Shown here: positions 1 through 10,792 of the stretch, in pieces | How the letters are laid out: each line of letters begins with the position of its first letter | Numbering within the stretch: position 1 is the first letter of the stretch | DNA from: a virus | Lineage: Duplodnaviria > Heunggongvirae > Uroviricota > Caudoviricetes | DNA length: 37,677 nucleotides | IMG/VR virus record: IMGVR_UViG_2541047910_000002 | Strand: one strand, 5' to 3' | Made by a program: the position numbers and the translations under genes | The notes under the pieces: generated by a model | Databases searched by the model: none | Told to the model about the DNA's origin: nothing | Seen by the model: the letters and a program-made list of their open reading frames with translations, nothing else

Positions 1-258
1 ATGCAAACCGTTATTTTTGGTCGTCCGGGTTGCCCTTACTGTGTGCGTGCAAAAGATCTGGCTGAGAAATTGAGCAATGAACGCGATGATTTCCAGTATC
101 AGTATGTAGATATTCGTGCGGAAGGGATCACTAAAGAAGATCTACAACAAAAGGCAGGTAAACCCGTAGAAACCGTGCCGCAGATTTTTGTCGATCAGCA
201 ACATATCGGCGGCTATACCGATTTTGCTGCATGGGCGAAAGAGAATCTGGACGCCTGA
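1..258 (+). CDS. grxA: glutaredoxin 1 (host)
   Basis: 85-aa ORF with CPYC active-site motif near N-terminus; recognised as E. coli GrxA by sequence memory. Confidence 0.9.
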   Translation: MQTVIFGRPGCPYCVRAKDLAEKLSNERDDFQYQYVDIRAEGITKEDLQQKAGKPVETVPQIFVDQQHIGGYTDFAAWAKENLDA

Positions 259-287
259 TCGTCTGACAAGCCCTCGCGTTGAGGGCT

Positions 288-665
288 TTATTGATTTTTT
301 CTGTGCTGTGGTTTAAACAAACTACTGATAAATAAGAAACACAATGCCCCCAGCGCACACCAGAACACCGCACTTAATAACCATGCCAACTCTTGCCAGA
401 ATGAGCGCGTCGGTGAAAAAAACAGCCGCATAATGAGCATCGAACAGGGTGCCGCCAGCATTGCGCCAAACAGAGGTTTCAGGACTTCTCTACGATGTGA
501 AAAGAAGCTGGCAACTGCACCAGGAAGAATGAAAAATAGCAAACCGATTTCAGGATGCCCGGCAGCCCGAAAAGCGCCTTTCATGTGCGTCGCCAGAAAA
601 AGACACACCACAATGAAGAGGACAAAACAGCAGATTGCCCCCGCCCAACGTTGTTTATGTTTCAC
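288..665 (-). CDS. ybjM: inner-membrane protein, YbjM-like (host)
   Basis: 125-aa hydrophobic ORF located between grxA and ybjL as in E. coli K-12 gene order; start codon not verified. Confidence 0.55.
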   Translation of the reverse strand: MKHKQRWAGAICCFVLFIVVCLFLATHMKGAFRAAGHPEIGLLFFILPGAVASFFSHRREVLKPLFGAMLAAPCSMLIMRLFFSPTRSFWQELAWLLSAVFWCALGALCFLFISSLFKPQHRKNQ

Positions 666-934
666 TCGTTCCTCCTGACACTGCGTCTATCGAACACATT
701 TTTCGCCAGTGTGGCGTTCAGTAAGATAAAGCCGCTTCGCATTCCATGCTAATATAGGCCAACGCAATTCATATAGCCGTTGATACCTAATGTGATTACA
801 CTAGTAAAATATATTGTTACTTTACTATCTTTTAGGTGCGCTGAATGAATCTGCGCCCTGAATTCTGGTAAAAAACATTATCGTAAATTACCATTTCTTT
901 CAACAGCTTACTAGTAAACAAGAAGTTAGCCTCC

Positions 935-2620
935 GTGAATATAAACGTCGCCGAATTGTTAAATGGGAATTACATTCTGTTATTATTTGTGGTCCTCGCG
1001 CTTGGGCTATGTCTCGGGAAATTACGACTTGGTTCGATCCAACTGGGTAATTCCATTGGCGTTTTAGTCGTATCGCTGTTATTAGGCCAACAACATTTCA
1101 GCATTAACACCGACGCGCTTAATCTTGGCTTTATGCTGTTTATTTTCTGCGTCGGGGTCGAAGCCGGACCGAACTTTTTTTCCATTTTTTTTCGCGATGG
1201 GAAAAATTACCTAATGTTAGCACTGGTGATGGTTGGCAGTGCGCTGGTGATCGCCTTAGGGTTAGGTAAGCTGTTTGGCTGGGATATTGGCCTGACGGCC
1301 GGTATGTTAGCTGGCTCTATGACGTCGACACCGGTTCTGGTCGGTGCTGGCGATACACTGCGTCATTCCGGCATGGAAAGCAGGCAGCTCTCACTGGCAC
1401 TGGATAATCTGAGCCTCGGGTATGCCTTAACCTATTTAATCGGTCTGGTGAGTTTGATTGTTGGTGCGCGTTACTTGCCGAAATTGCAGCATCAGGACTT
1501 ACAGACCAGCGCCCAGCAAATCGCCCGCGAACGTGGCCTGGACACTGATGCCAACCGTAAGGTTTATTTACCGGTGATCCGCGCCTACCGCGTCGGCCCG
1601 GAGCTGGTGGCCTGGACCGACGGCAAAAATCTGCGTGAACTGGGTATTTATCGACAAACTGGCTGCTACATTGAACGTATTCGACGTAACGGGATTCTGG
1701 CGAATCCAGACGGTGATGCTGTGCTACAAATGGGCGATGAAATAGCGTTGGTAGGCTATCCCGACGCCCACGCACGACTCGATCCCAGCTTCCGTAACGG
1801 CAAAGAAGTTTTCGATCGTGACCTTCTCGACATGCGTATCGTCACTGAAGAAGTGGTCGTTAAAAACCATAACGCCGTGGGCAAACGTCTCGCACAACTG
1901 AAGTTGACCGATCACGGTTGCTTCCTTAACCGCGTCATTCGTAGCCAGATTGAGATGCCGATAGATGACAACGTCGTGCTTAACAAAGGTGACGTTTTAC
2001 AAGTCAGCGGCGATGCCCGTCGCGTAAAAACCATCGCCGATCGCATCGGCTTTATCTCGATTCACAGCCAGGTCACTGACTTGCTGGCATTCTGCGCCTT
2101 CTTTGTTATTGGGCTGATGATCGGGATGATCACCTTCCAGTTCAGCACATTCAGTTTCGGCATGGGGAACGCTGCCGGGTTGTTATTCGCCGGAATTATG
2201 CTGGGCTTTATGCGCGCTAACCACCCGACCTTCGGTTACATTCCGCAGGGTGCATTAAGCATGGTGAAAGAGTTCGGCTTAATGGTGTTTATGGCAGGCG
2301 TTGGTCTGAGCGCCGGTAGCGGTATTAATAACGGCCTGGGCGCGATTGGCGGTCAGATGTTGATTGCCGGATTGATTGTCAGTCTTGTGCCAGTGGTTAT
2401 CTGTTTCTTGTTCGGTGCTTATGTATTGCGAATGAACCGCGCACTGTTGTTCGGCGCAATGATGGGCGCACGCACCTGCGCGCCGGCAATGGAGATCATC
2501 AGTGATACAGCTCGCAGTAACATCCCGGCGCTGGGCTATGCGGGCACCTATGCAATCGCCAACGTCCTGCTGACGCTGGCAGGGACAATCATCGTCATGG
2601 TATGGCCAGGATTAGGATAA
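935..2620 (+). CDS. ybjL: putative AAE-family transporter YbjL (host)
   Basis: 561-aa polytopic membrane protein with a central soluble region; GTG start; recognised as YbjL by sequence memory and neighbourhood. Confidence 0.8.
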
Positions 2621-2732
2621 AACTGAAGTTGCCCTGAAAATGAAATTTTTTTGCACAACCGCAGAACTTTTCCGCAGGGCATCAGTCTTAATTAGTGCCA
2701 CTGCTTTTCTTTGATGTCCCCATTTTGTGGAG

Positions 2733-2779
2733 CCCATCAACCCCGCCATTTCGGTTCAAGGTTGATGGGTTTTTTGTTG
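2733..2779 (+). terminator. rho-independent terminator downstream of ybjL
   Basis: stem cccatcaacc (2733-2742) pairs with ggttgatggg (2760-2769), followed by tttttgttg. Confidence 0.5.
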
Positions 2780-2834
2780 CCTAAAATTTATTCTATTTAA
2801 AATCATGAGGTTAGAAGCACTGTTTTTTAACGAT

Positions 2835-2855
2835 GGCGACAAAATGGCGGCAGCG
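2835..2855. repeat. putative att core, ogr-side junction
   Basis: ggcgacaaaatggcggcagcg, repeated with one mismatch at 37638-37659; directly abuts the ogr stop codon. Confidence 0.6.
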
Positions 2856-3074
2856 TCAAAGAGAGAGCGCCACCTGTCCTGATTTCATTGGATGCGGCTG
2901 AACCGGATTTGACTCTTTTGGCGTTGCAATCGAACGAACAAAAGTTTCATGGGTAACAAAAGTATGGCTGCAGTTAATATTCTGGCACTGGTTGTAACGC
3001 TCTTTGGTCAATGAAGATACCTGAAAACTGCTGCGAGTATGGGCGGCACTTCCACACAGTGGGCAAATCATCAT
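2856..3074 (-). CDS. ogr: late-gene transcriptional activator Ogr (zinc finger)
   Basis: 72 aa from MMICPLCG start; CPLCG...CQNINCSHTF zinc-finger pattern matches P2 Ogr; the ORF track extends 11 codons further upstream. Confidence 0.85.
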   Translation of the reverse strand: MMICPLCGSAAHTRSSFQVSSLTKERYNQCQNINCSHTFVTHETFVRSIATPKESNPVQPHPMKSGQVALSL

Positions 3075-3164
3075 TTTTCGAGTTCTCCCCATTTTTGCTA
3101 AATTCACAATAATGATACCGCATTATTCCATTTTGCAAACTTAAAAGTTCTCCATTGCGAAGAA

Positions 3165-4265
3165 TCATTCCATTTCGAAATCATCAATCCTCACTTCAAG
3201 CTCCAGACTGGTCGTAAAACCGTTATCCGGGCTGACGGTATGCGTCAGAGTCGTAATGGTCCATTCCGCATCATCTATCGGCTGTTTAAAGCCACTGACT
3301 TTCACTGGCATTTCCGTGTAGAGATCTGCCCGACCTTCCGCCAGTTGTAGCGAGAATGACGCAACGCCGCGTTGCAGGCGTTCCCACTGCATTTTCGCCG
3401 CTCGTTCGGCGTTGCTCCGGTTGGCATAAGTGCGATTAAGTACCAGCACGTTTTCATCCGTACCCACCAGGTAATCGCCCTGCTTCGCTTCCGGCTCTTT
3501 CTTCTGCTTCTTAGTCCTGCGCTTACGCTTCACCGTGGTGCTTTCTTTCTTCGAGGGTTCGCGAGTATGCAACCAGCTGGCAATTACGCCCGTGTAAGCT
3601 CCGCGATCTGCCAGGGTAAAGCGGTGACTGTCGCCGTCCTTACGTGTGATAGTGATCACCGGCAGTGGTTTACCGCTGGCACTTTTACCCTGTCCCTGTC
3701 GGATGAATAACAGATTGCCATTTTTCACTGACGCGATAGCACCGTACTGGCGCGCCAGCCGCATCAGAAAACTGCCGTCACTCTCATTAGTCTGGTCTAT
3801 ATGTTCCACGGGCTTATCCGACAGGTCATTACCCAGTGCCATCTTCAGCTTGTGACGCGCGGCTATTTCCTTGACCACTTCCCCGACAGTGGTCTTGTGC
3901 CACGACTTTTCACGGCGGGTATTCAGCGTTTCACGAAAATCAGCACTTCGCGCCCGGATAGTCAGGCGGTCCGGTGCGCCAGTGTGTTCAATCTCGTCCA
4001 CCGTGAATGCCCCTTTCGGGAAAAGCGGCTGCCCCTTCCAGCCCAGCGCCAGCGTAATGACCGCACCACGGCGCGGCAGCGCTATTTTTCCATCGGCGTC
4101 GTCCAGCTCCAGATCAAGCTGGTCCGCTTCAAAGCCCCGGTTATCCGTCAGCGTCAGCCTCATCAGGCGGTTATCCAGCACAGTGGTGATATCCCTGCCC
4201 TCAATACTGATGCTGAATGCGGGAGTTTTGTTGCCTTTGTTAAGCAGTTCAGAGCTGAAATTCAC
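3165..4265 (-). CDS. D: tail protein D (late control gene D)
   Basis: 366-aa ORF at the P2 gpD position immediately upstream of ogr; recognised as gpD-like; start is GTG in the track. Confidence 0.8.
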   Translation of the reverse strand: MNFSSELLNKGNKTPAFSISIEGRDITTVLDNRLMRLTLTDNRGFEADQLDLELDDADGKIALPRRGAVITLALGWKGQPLFPKGAFTVDEIEHTGAPDRLTIRARSADFRETLNTRREKSWHKTTVGEVVKEIAARHKLKMALGNDLSDKPVEHIDQTNESDGSFLMRLARQYGAIASVKNGNLLFIRQGQGKSASGKPLPVITITRKDGDSHRFTLADRGAYTGVIASWLHTREPSKKESTTVKRKRRTKKQKKEPEAKQGDYLVGTDENVLVLNRTYANRSNAERAAKMQWERLQRGVASFSLQLAEGRADLYTEMPVKVSGFKQPIDDAEWTITTLTHTVSPDNGFTTSLELEVRIDDFEME

Positions 4266-4747
4266 GACAGCAGCCCTCCCACCGTTTTACTGATATCACT
4301 TAAGGCAGATGTTGCCGTGTCCTGCAGATTATTCAGTTGCGTACTGAGATCACCGAACATATCGGACAGGGATTCATCCACCCGTTTGAGCGACAGGGTG
4401 AACTCAATCCGCCGCGGCATACCGTCGCGGAAAAACTCCGTTTTAGTCAGATTCAGTCCCTCAATCACATACATGCCGTAAATCGTGCCGCTGCCTTCAA
4501 TCAGGGGCCATGCTTTTCCCTGTTCTGCCATCTGCTCCAGAGCCAGCAACGACAGCCTGCCGCCCGTTATCTCCGGCATAAGAACACCAGAAAGCGTCAG
4601 CATGTCGTTGTCCGGTCCCAGAAACTGCGTGGACGGACGACGGTTTACCCGGCTGTTTGCCGCATGTCGCCAACTGCGTTGATACTGCAGTTCCTGATAC
4701 GGAACGGTGCGCAGCATAAACACGTACAATCCCAGCACCATCATCAT
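4262..4747 (-). CDS. U: tail protein U
   Basis: 161 aa, overlaps D start by 4 nt; size and position match P2 gpU. Confidence 0.8.
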   Translation of the reverse strand: MMMVLGLYVFMLRTVPYQELQYQRSWRHAANSRVNRRPSTQFLGPDNDMLTLSGVLMPEITGGRLSLLALEQMAEQGKAWPLIEGSGTIYGMYVIEGLNLTKTEFFRDGMPRRIEFTLSLKRVDESLSDMFGDLSTQLNNLQDTATSALSDISKTVGGLLS

Positions 4748-7700
4748 GCGTCGTATCCCCCCTGATCGCTGTAGTTACTCCTGGCTTTTGCCTTCAGCCT
4801 GCGTTCACGTTCATCAAGCTGGCGTGCCACCTCCCGCGCAATATCCTGCGCACTTTGTCCTGGCTGCATCTGAATGATGATCTGCGTCGGTGCCTCAATC
4901 CTGTAAACGGGCGGCACAGTGGCTGCACGACTCACCATCGCTTCGCCGCCTTTCGCGGGAAGTGCCAAAGGATGCAACGGTGGAAGCTCTGCAGGCGCGG
5001 CAGCAACGCCCATCATTCCGGCAACAACGGCAGCCAGTGCAGCTGTATTTCTCCGGCTGGTCACATTTGCCGGGCCGTTAACAATTTCCGGCCCGTTTTC
5101 ACCGACGATGCCAAACTGCCCGCGCGGGATATAGCCGCCGCTGTCATACATCCCCGCAATGCCATATCCCCATGACGGAAAACCACCCGATGGCATCATC
5201 ACTTTACCGTTTGTATTCACCGTCGCAGGTTGCTGACGCGTCACACTTTCCGGTAGTTTCGCCTTTGCGGCCTCTTTACTGACAACGCCGAGTTTCTCCA
5301 GCAACCAGGAAACGCCGGATTTCAGGGAGTCCAGCGGATGCATGACCATATTCAGCCCTTCCGCCAGTGCCTCCCCGAATCGCCGCCCCATTGCCGCTGC
5401 ACTCTGCAGTTCGGCAGAGGTTGACTTAACGGGCGTCAGCAGATCAGTAAACCAGCCCCACAGCGCCTGTACTTTGTCGCCAATCCACTGGAACACGGGC
5501 TTAAGCGGTTCGAATGCTGCACTGACGGGACCTGCCGCCGCTTTGAATCCTTCCACCACGCCACCAAGAAATGCGGTGATGGGTTGCCAGTATTTCCAGA
5601 CAACCAGCGCCACGCCCGCCAGTGCAGTAACCACAAGACCTATCGGACTGAGCAGAGCACCTAACAGACCAGATACGGCATACAGGGCAACGCGCAGCAT
5701 CGCCAGTGGACCAGATGCCAGTACTCGCAGCACCGTGCCTGCGGCGGCCAGTCCACCACGCAGTACCGCCAGAGGATTCATAAACATCACAGCAACAGCA
5801 CGTAAACCGGATAATCCAGACCGCAAAAGTGCAACCGGCGCACCTGCTACAGTTTTCAGGACATTTCCCGTCAGTGATGCCGTGCGGCGCAAAGACGACA
5901 ACGGCGCAGTAAGTAAACCCGCAGCGTGGCCCGATGAAGCAAGCCCGCGTCGCAGCAGTGCCAGTGGTGCGCCAGCCAGCCAGGACAACGCGCTGCTGGT
6001 TCGAGTTACTGCTGCCGTAACGGAAGGTAACGTTTTGATACCCAGCACAGAGAACCCCAGACGGATCACTGCCAGCGGCCCCAGCACTGCAGCTAACACC
6101 ACCGCTAAGGTGCCGAGGCCCACGGTAACCGCAGCCACAACAGCCGCCGCTTTCATCAGTGTGCCCGTCAGTTCCGGGTTAGCTTCCACCCAGCGACGCA
6201 ACGCCCCCGTGACGCTTTTCACCGTGAACAGAATATCCATCAGCGGCTGGCGCAGCGTTTCGCCCAGGCTGCTGAAGGTGTTCTGCGCTCCGGTTTTGAC
6301 CAGCAACCACTGAGCAGAAAGTGAGTCTTTGTTGATGTCGGATTCTTTCTGCATGGAACCGAGCGCATCATTGCCCGCTGTCAGTTTTAGCTGGCGCTGC
6401 AGTTCCGGCAGGTTGTTTGCCAGTTTCGCCGCGTCATCGCCAAACTCTTTACCAAACAACATGGTCATGGCAGACAGGCGCTTATCCTGCGGCAGCGCGT
6501 TCACCTTCTCCAGCACGCGCTGGATGGTTCCCATCGCATCCTTCGTCATCTGCTTTTCAATCACTTCAGGATTGAGTTTCAGCAGATTCATCCCTTCAAA
6601 GAAACTCTTGCTCTGCATGGTGGCAATGGACAATTCACGCACCATCGCGTTTGCTGCACTGGCTGCAACCTCTGGCGCAGCGCCCAGTGTCAGGAAGGTG
6701 GAACCCAGCGCCGCCGCTTTACGATAATCCAGACGATCAGCCACACCGCCCAGGCGTTGCATGACATCAATGATGTCTGCCCCTTTCGACATGGCGTTAT
6801 CATCCAGATAGTTCAGCGCATCACCGAGCTGTTCAATATTGCGGGTAGGGATTTTGTAGAGCTGGGCGATTTTCCCCAGACTTTCTGACAGTTCATCCGC
6901 TGGCAGCTCAAAGGCTGTTGCCGCCTTTGCCGCCGTACTGGCGAAGGCCAGCAGGTCACGTTTCTGGTCCTCCCAGCTGTCGTCAGGGTTTGCAACGTTC
7001 ATACGCGCACCACCTTCAACCAGTGCAGCGAAGTCCACCGCACCGTTTTCCATCGGCAACTGTTCGCTGGCAGCTTTGATGGCATCCTGCATTTCATAAA
7101 AACGTGCAGTGCGGTTGCCATTATCGTCACGCAGACCATTGACCTGCTTTGCCACACCTTTCATGGCATCTTCCATGCTGGTATAGCTTTTTACTGCCGC
7201 CATCACTGGCGTCCCCATTGCCAGCCCTGCCGCCGTGGTGGTGGCTCCGGTTCCTGCGATGCGATCGCGCACCTCCAGCGAACGGGCATAACTGGCACGC
7301 GCTGCATTCATCCTGCGCTGAGCTTCCCCCAGTCGCTTCAGCCGCGCCTCCTGTTTCGACAGTTCCTGGTTATAACGTGATGTTTCACGGGCTAAACGGG
7401 CAGTTGCTCCCGCATCATCTTTCGCAGAAATTCCCGCCCGGTACAGTTCTGCACGCACAAGCGCCGTTTGCTTCTGCAAATATTTTTGTTGTTCTTCCAG
7501 GCGTTGGACTGCCAGCGTTTGCCGACCTAAAGCCACAAGGTGCCGTTGTGATGGTTGTTCCATCGCTTCCAGCTCAGAACTAAGCAAATTTGCCTTCTGT
7601 CTGGCATAGTTCAGCCTGTCGCCTAACTTTTTGTTATCGGCCTGCAGCTTGCGAAATTTTTCCAGGCTGTTACCCGCCTGATTGAGTTGCTTTAATGCGT

Positions 7701-7821
7701 CACGGGAGTTTCTGATTGCGCCAGCCAGCTCTTTCGAACTGGCCTGTGCAGCACGGAATGGGCGGGTGAGTTTGTCAACCGCATTAAGAATGACCTGCAG
7801 GCGCAGGTTATTATCACTCAT
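4744..7821 (-). CDS. T: tail tape-measure protein
   Basis: 1025-aa Ala/Leu-rich protein with coiled-coil N-terminal part and hydrophobic central repeats, between E/E' and U. Confidence 0.85.
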   Translation of the reverse strand: MSDNNLRLQVILNAVDKLTRPFRAAQASSKELAGAIRNSRDALKQLNQAGNSLEKFRKLQADNKKLGDRLNYARQKANLLSSELEAMEQPSQRHLVALGRQTLAVQRLEEQQKYLQKQTALVRAELYRAGISAKDDAGATARLARETSRYNQELSKQEARLKRLGEAQRRMNAARASYARSLEVRDRIAGTGATTTAAGLAMGTPVMAAVKSYTSMEDAMKGVAKQVNGLRDDNGNRTARFYEMQDAIKAASEQLPMENGAVDFAALVEGGARMNVANPDDSWEDQKRDLLAFASTAAKAATAFELPADELSESLGKIAQLYKIPTRNIEQLGDALNYLDDNAMSKGADIIDVMQRLGGVADRLDYRKAAALGSTFLTLGAAPEVAASAANAMVRELSIATMQSKSFFEGMNLLKLNPEVIEKQMTKDAMGTIQRVLEKVNALPQDKRLSAMTMLFGKEFGDDAAKLANNLPELQRQLKLTAGNDALGSMQKESDINKDSLSAQWLLVKTGAQNTFSSLGETLRQPLMDILFTVKSVTGALRRWVEANPELTGTLMKAAAVVAAVTVGLGTLAVVLAAVLGPLAVIRLGFSVLGIKTLPSVTAAVTRTSSALSWLAGAPLALLRRGLASSGHAAGLLTAPLSSLRRTASLTGNVLKTVAGAPVALLRSGLSGLRAVAVMFMNPLAVLRGGLAAAGTVLRVLASGPLAMLRVALYAVSGLLGALLSPIGLVVTALAGVALVVWKYWQPITAFLGGVVEGFKAAAGPVSAAFEPLKPVFQWIGDKVQALWGWFTDLLTPVKSTSAELQSAAAMGRRFGEALAEGLNMVMHPLDSLKSGVSWLLEKLGVVSKEAAKAKLPESVTRQQPATVNTNGKVMMPSGGFPSWGYGIAGMYDSGGYIPRGQFGIVGENGPEIVNGPANVTSRRNTAALAAVVAGMMGVAAAPAELPPLHPLALPAKGGEAMVSRAATVPPVYRIEAPTQIIIQMQPGQSAQDIAREVARQLDERERRLKAKARSNYSDQGGYDA

Positions 7822-8250
7822 CGTTGGCCCCGCTTCTCTGAATCGCTTTATACCGCCATTCCAGCACTTCGGTCAGCGGCATAACGTCAGTAACGGATGG
7901 CGGCCAGTGAAAGATGGTGGCGATATCAGCCACCAGATCGTCAACCGTCAGGCTGTCGGTAAACCGGCAAGCACCGACTTCTTCAACAAAAAAGTGACAA
8001 CCTCAACCGACATGGCAGTGAGATCTGCCGGGTCCATCTCTGCAATTTCCTGCGCAGTCAGTGCCGGACTGGAGATGCGGGGGATCACGGTCATCATCGC
8101 GTTTACATCCATATCCATAATGGCCTGCAGGCGTGTACCGCGCAGCGCACCGGACTGCGGTTTACGCAGCACAATTTCGGTAATTTCTGTTTTACCGCGC
8201 ATGATGGGGGTATCCAGTTGAATGGTCTTTTCAGTCTGTTTATCGCTCAT
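7814..8250 (-). CDS. E+E': E+E' frameshift fusion product (-1 programmed frameshift)
   Basis: slippery heptamer TTTTTTG on minus strand (plus 7987-7993) in 0-frame ACT.TTT.TTG; the -1 frame then stays open for about 51 codons and stops at TGA overlapping the T start ATGAGTGA. Confidence 0.65.
7948..8250 (-). CDS. E: tail assembly chaperone E
   Basis: 100-aa ORF upstream of T; ends ...VVTFLLKKSVLAGLPTA; contains slippery T_TTT_TTG. Confidence 0.75.
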   Translation of the reverse strand: MSDKQTEKTIQLDTPIMRGKTEITEIVLRKPQSGALRGTRLQAIMDMDVNAMMTVIPRISSPALTAQEIAEMDPADLTAMSVEVVTFLLKKSVLAGLPTA

Positions 8251-8304
8251 TTTGTTGTCCTGTAAATTAGGTTCTGGCGCGGCATTCCGCGCCGTTCAGA
8301 TACA

Positions 8305-8820
8305 TCAGAGGCCGAGGGCGTTGCGGTGCGCTTCCATCAGGTCCACACCGTCCACAATTTCCACCATGTTGATAAGGTCCACTTCATAGAGCACCTCACC
8401 ATTGATGGTCAGCTTCGCGTAGCTGTTGGTACTGGTCACTTTGGTGGTGTTGCTTTCGCCCGTCTTCCACTCGCCGGAATCCACTTCTTTGTGACGCCCA
8501 CGCACCACAAGCTCCACGGCCTGCACTTCTCCGGTATCATCACGCTGGATAGAGCCGGTAAAGCGCAACTGGATACCATCCACCGTGGCTTTGCCCATCT
8601 GCTTAAACAGCAGCAGCTCAGTACCACCAATGGAAAATTCTGTATCCAGTGCACTGTCATCCAGTCCCAAATCCACATCCACCGCCCCCGGCATACCGCC
8701 GCCGCGATACTTCTCATATTTGCGGGTGAATTTCGGCAGCGTCAGCGACTCAACGATCCCCTGCCAGTTGTTCCCGTCGTTAAACAAGTTCAGATGTTTT
8801 AATTTGCGTGGTAAAGCCAT
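8305..8820 (-). CDS. FII: tail tube protein FII
   Basis: 171 aa, directly downstream of sheath gene; size and order match P2 gpFII. Confidence 0.85.
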   Translation of the reverse strand: MALPRKLKHLNLFNDGNNWQGIVESLTLPKFTRKYEKYRGGGMPGAVDVDLGLDDSALDTEFSIGGTELLLFKQMGKATVDGIQLRFTGSIQRDDTGEVQAVELVVRGRHKEVDSGEWKTGESNTTKVTSTNSYAKLTINGEVLYEVDLINMVEIVDGVDLMEAHRNALGL

Positions 8821-8829
8821 GTTGTCCCC

Positions 8830-10002
8830 TTACGCGCTGACCTGGCTGGCGAAATTCACCAGGTACTGATCGGTGATGCGCTGGCGCAGCATCAGATTTT
8901 CAAGTGGCGGCACTGGCGTGTAGTCATAGTCGATGGTGAGTTTTCCGGCTTTCAGCGTGTCTTTGTCGTTCACCGACTCATCCAGCCAGCAATCACCACC
9001 AATGAGATAGCCCTGACTGACCAGGTTGCGCATTTTGGCGCGGATACCTTCGATAATGTCGCGGGCCAGCGACGGGTTCAGCGGTTTGTCCACCGCCCAC
9101 ATATGTGCTTCTGCCATTGTGTCCATCAGTACCTGCGCTGTGCGGGTGTAGTTTTCGAAGGCAAAAAGCGGATCATCGCTCAGACAGCGGGAACCCCAGA
9201 AGCGGAAACCATCCTTGCGCACAAGCGTGGTGACGTCGTTCTGGTTAAGCAGTCCCGCATCGGTTGCCGGGTCCTGCAGATCCCAGAACACATCAGCAGA
9301 AATTCCGGTGACACCGTTCACGCCCACGTTGGACAGGCTTTTGTGCCACCCGGTCTGCTCATCAATTTTGGCACGCAGACCAAGCGCACGGGCGGTGGCA
9401 TATGCCGTTGCTTCGGCATTCAGCACCGTGTCCCAGCCAGTAAAGTCGGGCCAGATCAGCATCCCTTCGCGCTGGCTGAAGTTTTCACGGTAAGTGATTG
9501 CCTCCTGCACAGTCTTGCAGCCATACGCTGACAGGTAAGCAAACCCACGCAGGCTTTGCGCCACACTCAGCAACTCAGTAGCTACCGCCTTGGTGTCGTG
9601 ACCTGGTACACCCAGAATGCGCGGTTTAACGCCGAGCTGTGACTGAGCAGATAACAGAGCTTTCATGCCTGTTTTTTTACCTTCAGCAGTCACTGCGCCG
9701 ATGATATTGGTCGTGGTTTCTTCTTCCGTTTCACCCTGCGGCACACGCACAACAACGGTCACGGGTTTTGCCTGGTCAGCGATGGCATCCAGCGAACGGG
9801 CCAGCGTGCCGGACTCACCCGCTTTACCGCTGGCAGTCAGCACATCAGTGATCAGCACGGGTTTATTAAGAGGAAACATTTTTGCATCGGCATCATCGCC
9901 CGTGCAGACCATACCCACGATGGCGGTGCTCACCGTGGTAATGGATCGGGTGCCTTCGTTGACTTCAACAACGCGCACCCCGTGGTGGTAATCCTGAGCC
10001 AT
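8830..10002 (-). CDS. FI: contractile tail sheath protein FI
   Basis: 390 aa; recognised as P2 gpFI-like sheath. Confidence 0.9.
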   Translation of the reverse strand: MAQDYHHGVRVVEVNEGTRSITTVSTAIVGMVCTGDDADAKMFPLNKPVLITDVLTASGKAGESGTLARSLDAIADQAKPVTVVVRVPQGETEEETTTNIIGAVTAEGKKTGMKALLSAQSQLGVKPRILGVPGHDTKAVATELLSVAQSLRGFAYLSAYGCKTVQEAITYRENFSQREGMLIWPDFTGWDTVLNAEATAYATARALGLRAKIDEQTGWHKSLSNVGVNGVTGISADVFWDLQDPATDAGLLNQNDVTTLVRKDGFRFWGSRCLSDDPLFAFENYTRTAQVLMDTMAEAHMWAVDKPLNPSLARDIIEGIRAKMRNLVSQGYLIGGDCWLDESVNDKDTLKAGKLTIDYDYTPVPPLENLMLRQRITDQYLVNFASQVSA

Positions 10003-10078
10003 AGTGGCGAACCTCCTGATTGGATTAGGCTTCGCCCTATGTTGAAGTGATTGTGCCTGACAAACAGCTAAGCGCAGT

Positions 10079-10096
10079 TGTACCGTTATTCACACA
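10079..10096. promoter_or_regulatory. late promoter activator dyad TGT-N12-ACA (P_F-like)
   Basis: TGTaccgttattcacACA upstream of FI; near-identical to the element at 22110-22127. Confidence 0.5.
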
Positions 10097-10144
10097 AAAT
10101 GACGGTATTTGTCTGCTTTCAGGGATAATCAAAATAAAGCTGAT

Positions 10145-10711
10145 TCAGGGAGATTTATTGCTCTTATTTGCCGGAAATTTTCGATAAATGGTAGAAACGC
10201 CTACATCAAAAATCAGTGCAATACGCTGTCTTGATTCTCCGGCCTCGAGTAAACGTCCAATCTGTGCCCACTGTTCAGTGGTCAACTTAGGACGGCGTCC
10301 ACCTACTCTGCCTTTAGCACGAGCTGCAGCCAGCCCTGCCCGGGTACGTTCAACTATCAGTTCGCGTTCCATTTCAGCCAGGGCACCCATGACATGAAAA
10401 AAGAAACGGCCCATTGGGGTACTGGTATCAATACTGTCAGTCAGGCTTCGGAAATTCACACCACGCTGGCGCAACTCTTCTATCAGCGTAACAAGATGCC
10501 GCATACTGCGCCCCAACCTGTCCAGCTTCCAGACAACCAGCGTGTCTCCTGCCAATAGTGTCCTGAGCAGTTTTTTAAGCCCCGGTCTGTCGGACTTAGT
10601 GCCACTGATTTTGTCCTCAAAAATCCGCTCACATCCCGCGCAGTTCAGCGCATTACGTTGCAAATCGGTGTTCTGGTCATTTGTTGACACGCGTACATAG
10701 CCAATAAGCAT
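10145..10711 (-). CDS. serine DNA invertase (Gin/Pin/Hin family)
   Basis: MLIGYVRVSTNDQNTDLQRNAL... with catalytic Ser in YVRVS and C-terminal HTH; closely matches the Gin/Pin sequence from memory; start set at third codon with a GGAG SD 6 nt upstream. Confidence 0.9.
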   Translation of the reverse strand: MLIGYVRVSTNDQNTDLQRNALNCAGCERIFEDKISGTKSDRPGLKKLLRTLLAGDTLVVWKLDRLGRSMRHLVTLIEELRQRGVNFRSLTDSIDTSTPMGRFFFHVMGALAEMERELIVERTRAGLAAARAKGRVGGRRPKLTTEQWAQIGRLLEAGESRQRIALIFDVGVSTIYRKFPANKSNKSP

Positions 10712-10766
10712 GATCATCTCCCTGAATAAAAATAGGGGATGATGCCAGTTAGCCGTAATCGCTGCA

Positions 10767-10792
10767 TTTTCTTAAACGTTGGTTTGGGAGAA
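10767..10792. repeat. invertase crossover site (gix/hix-like), invertase-proximal
   Basis: 26-bp imperfect palindrome ttttcttaaacg-tt-ggtttgggagaa; inner 14 bp (10779-10792) is the exact inverted repeat of 12670-12683. Confidence 0.7.

Noticed and set aside
2733-2779. hairpin between ybjL and the att repeat considered as a tRNA fragment or the att core itself
   Set aside because: no tRNA-like T-arm or acceptor features; the exact direct repeat lies 56 bp further right, so this is more simply the ybjL terminator
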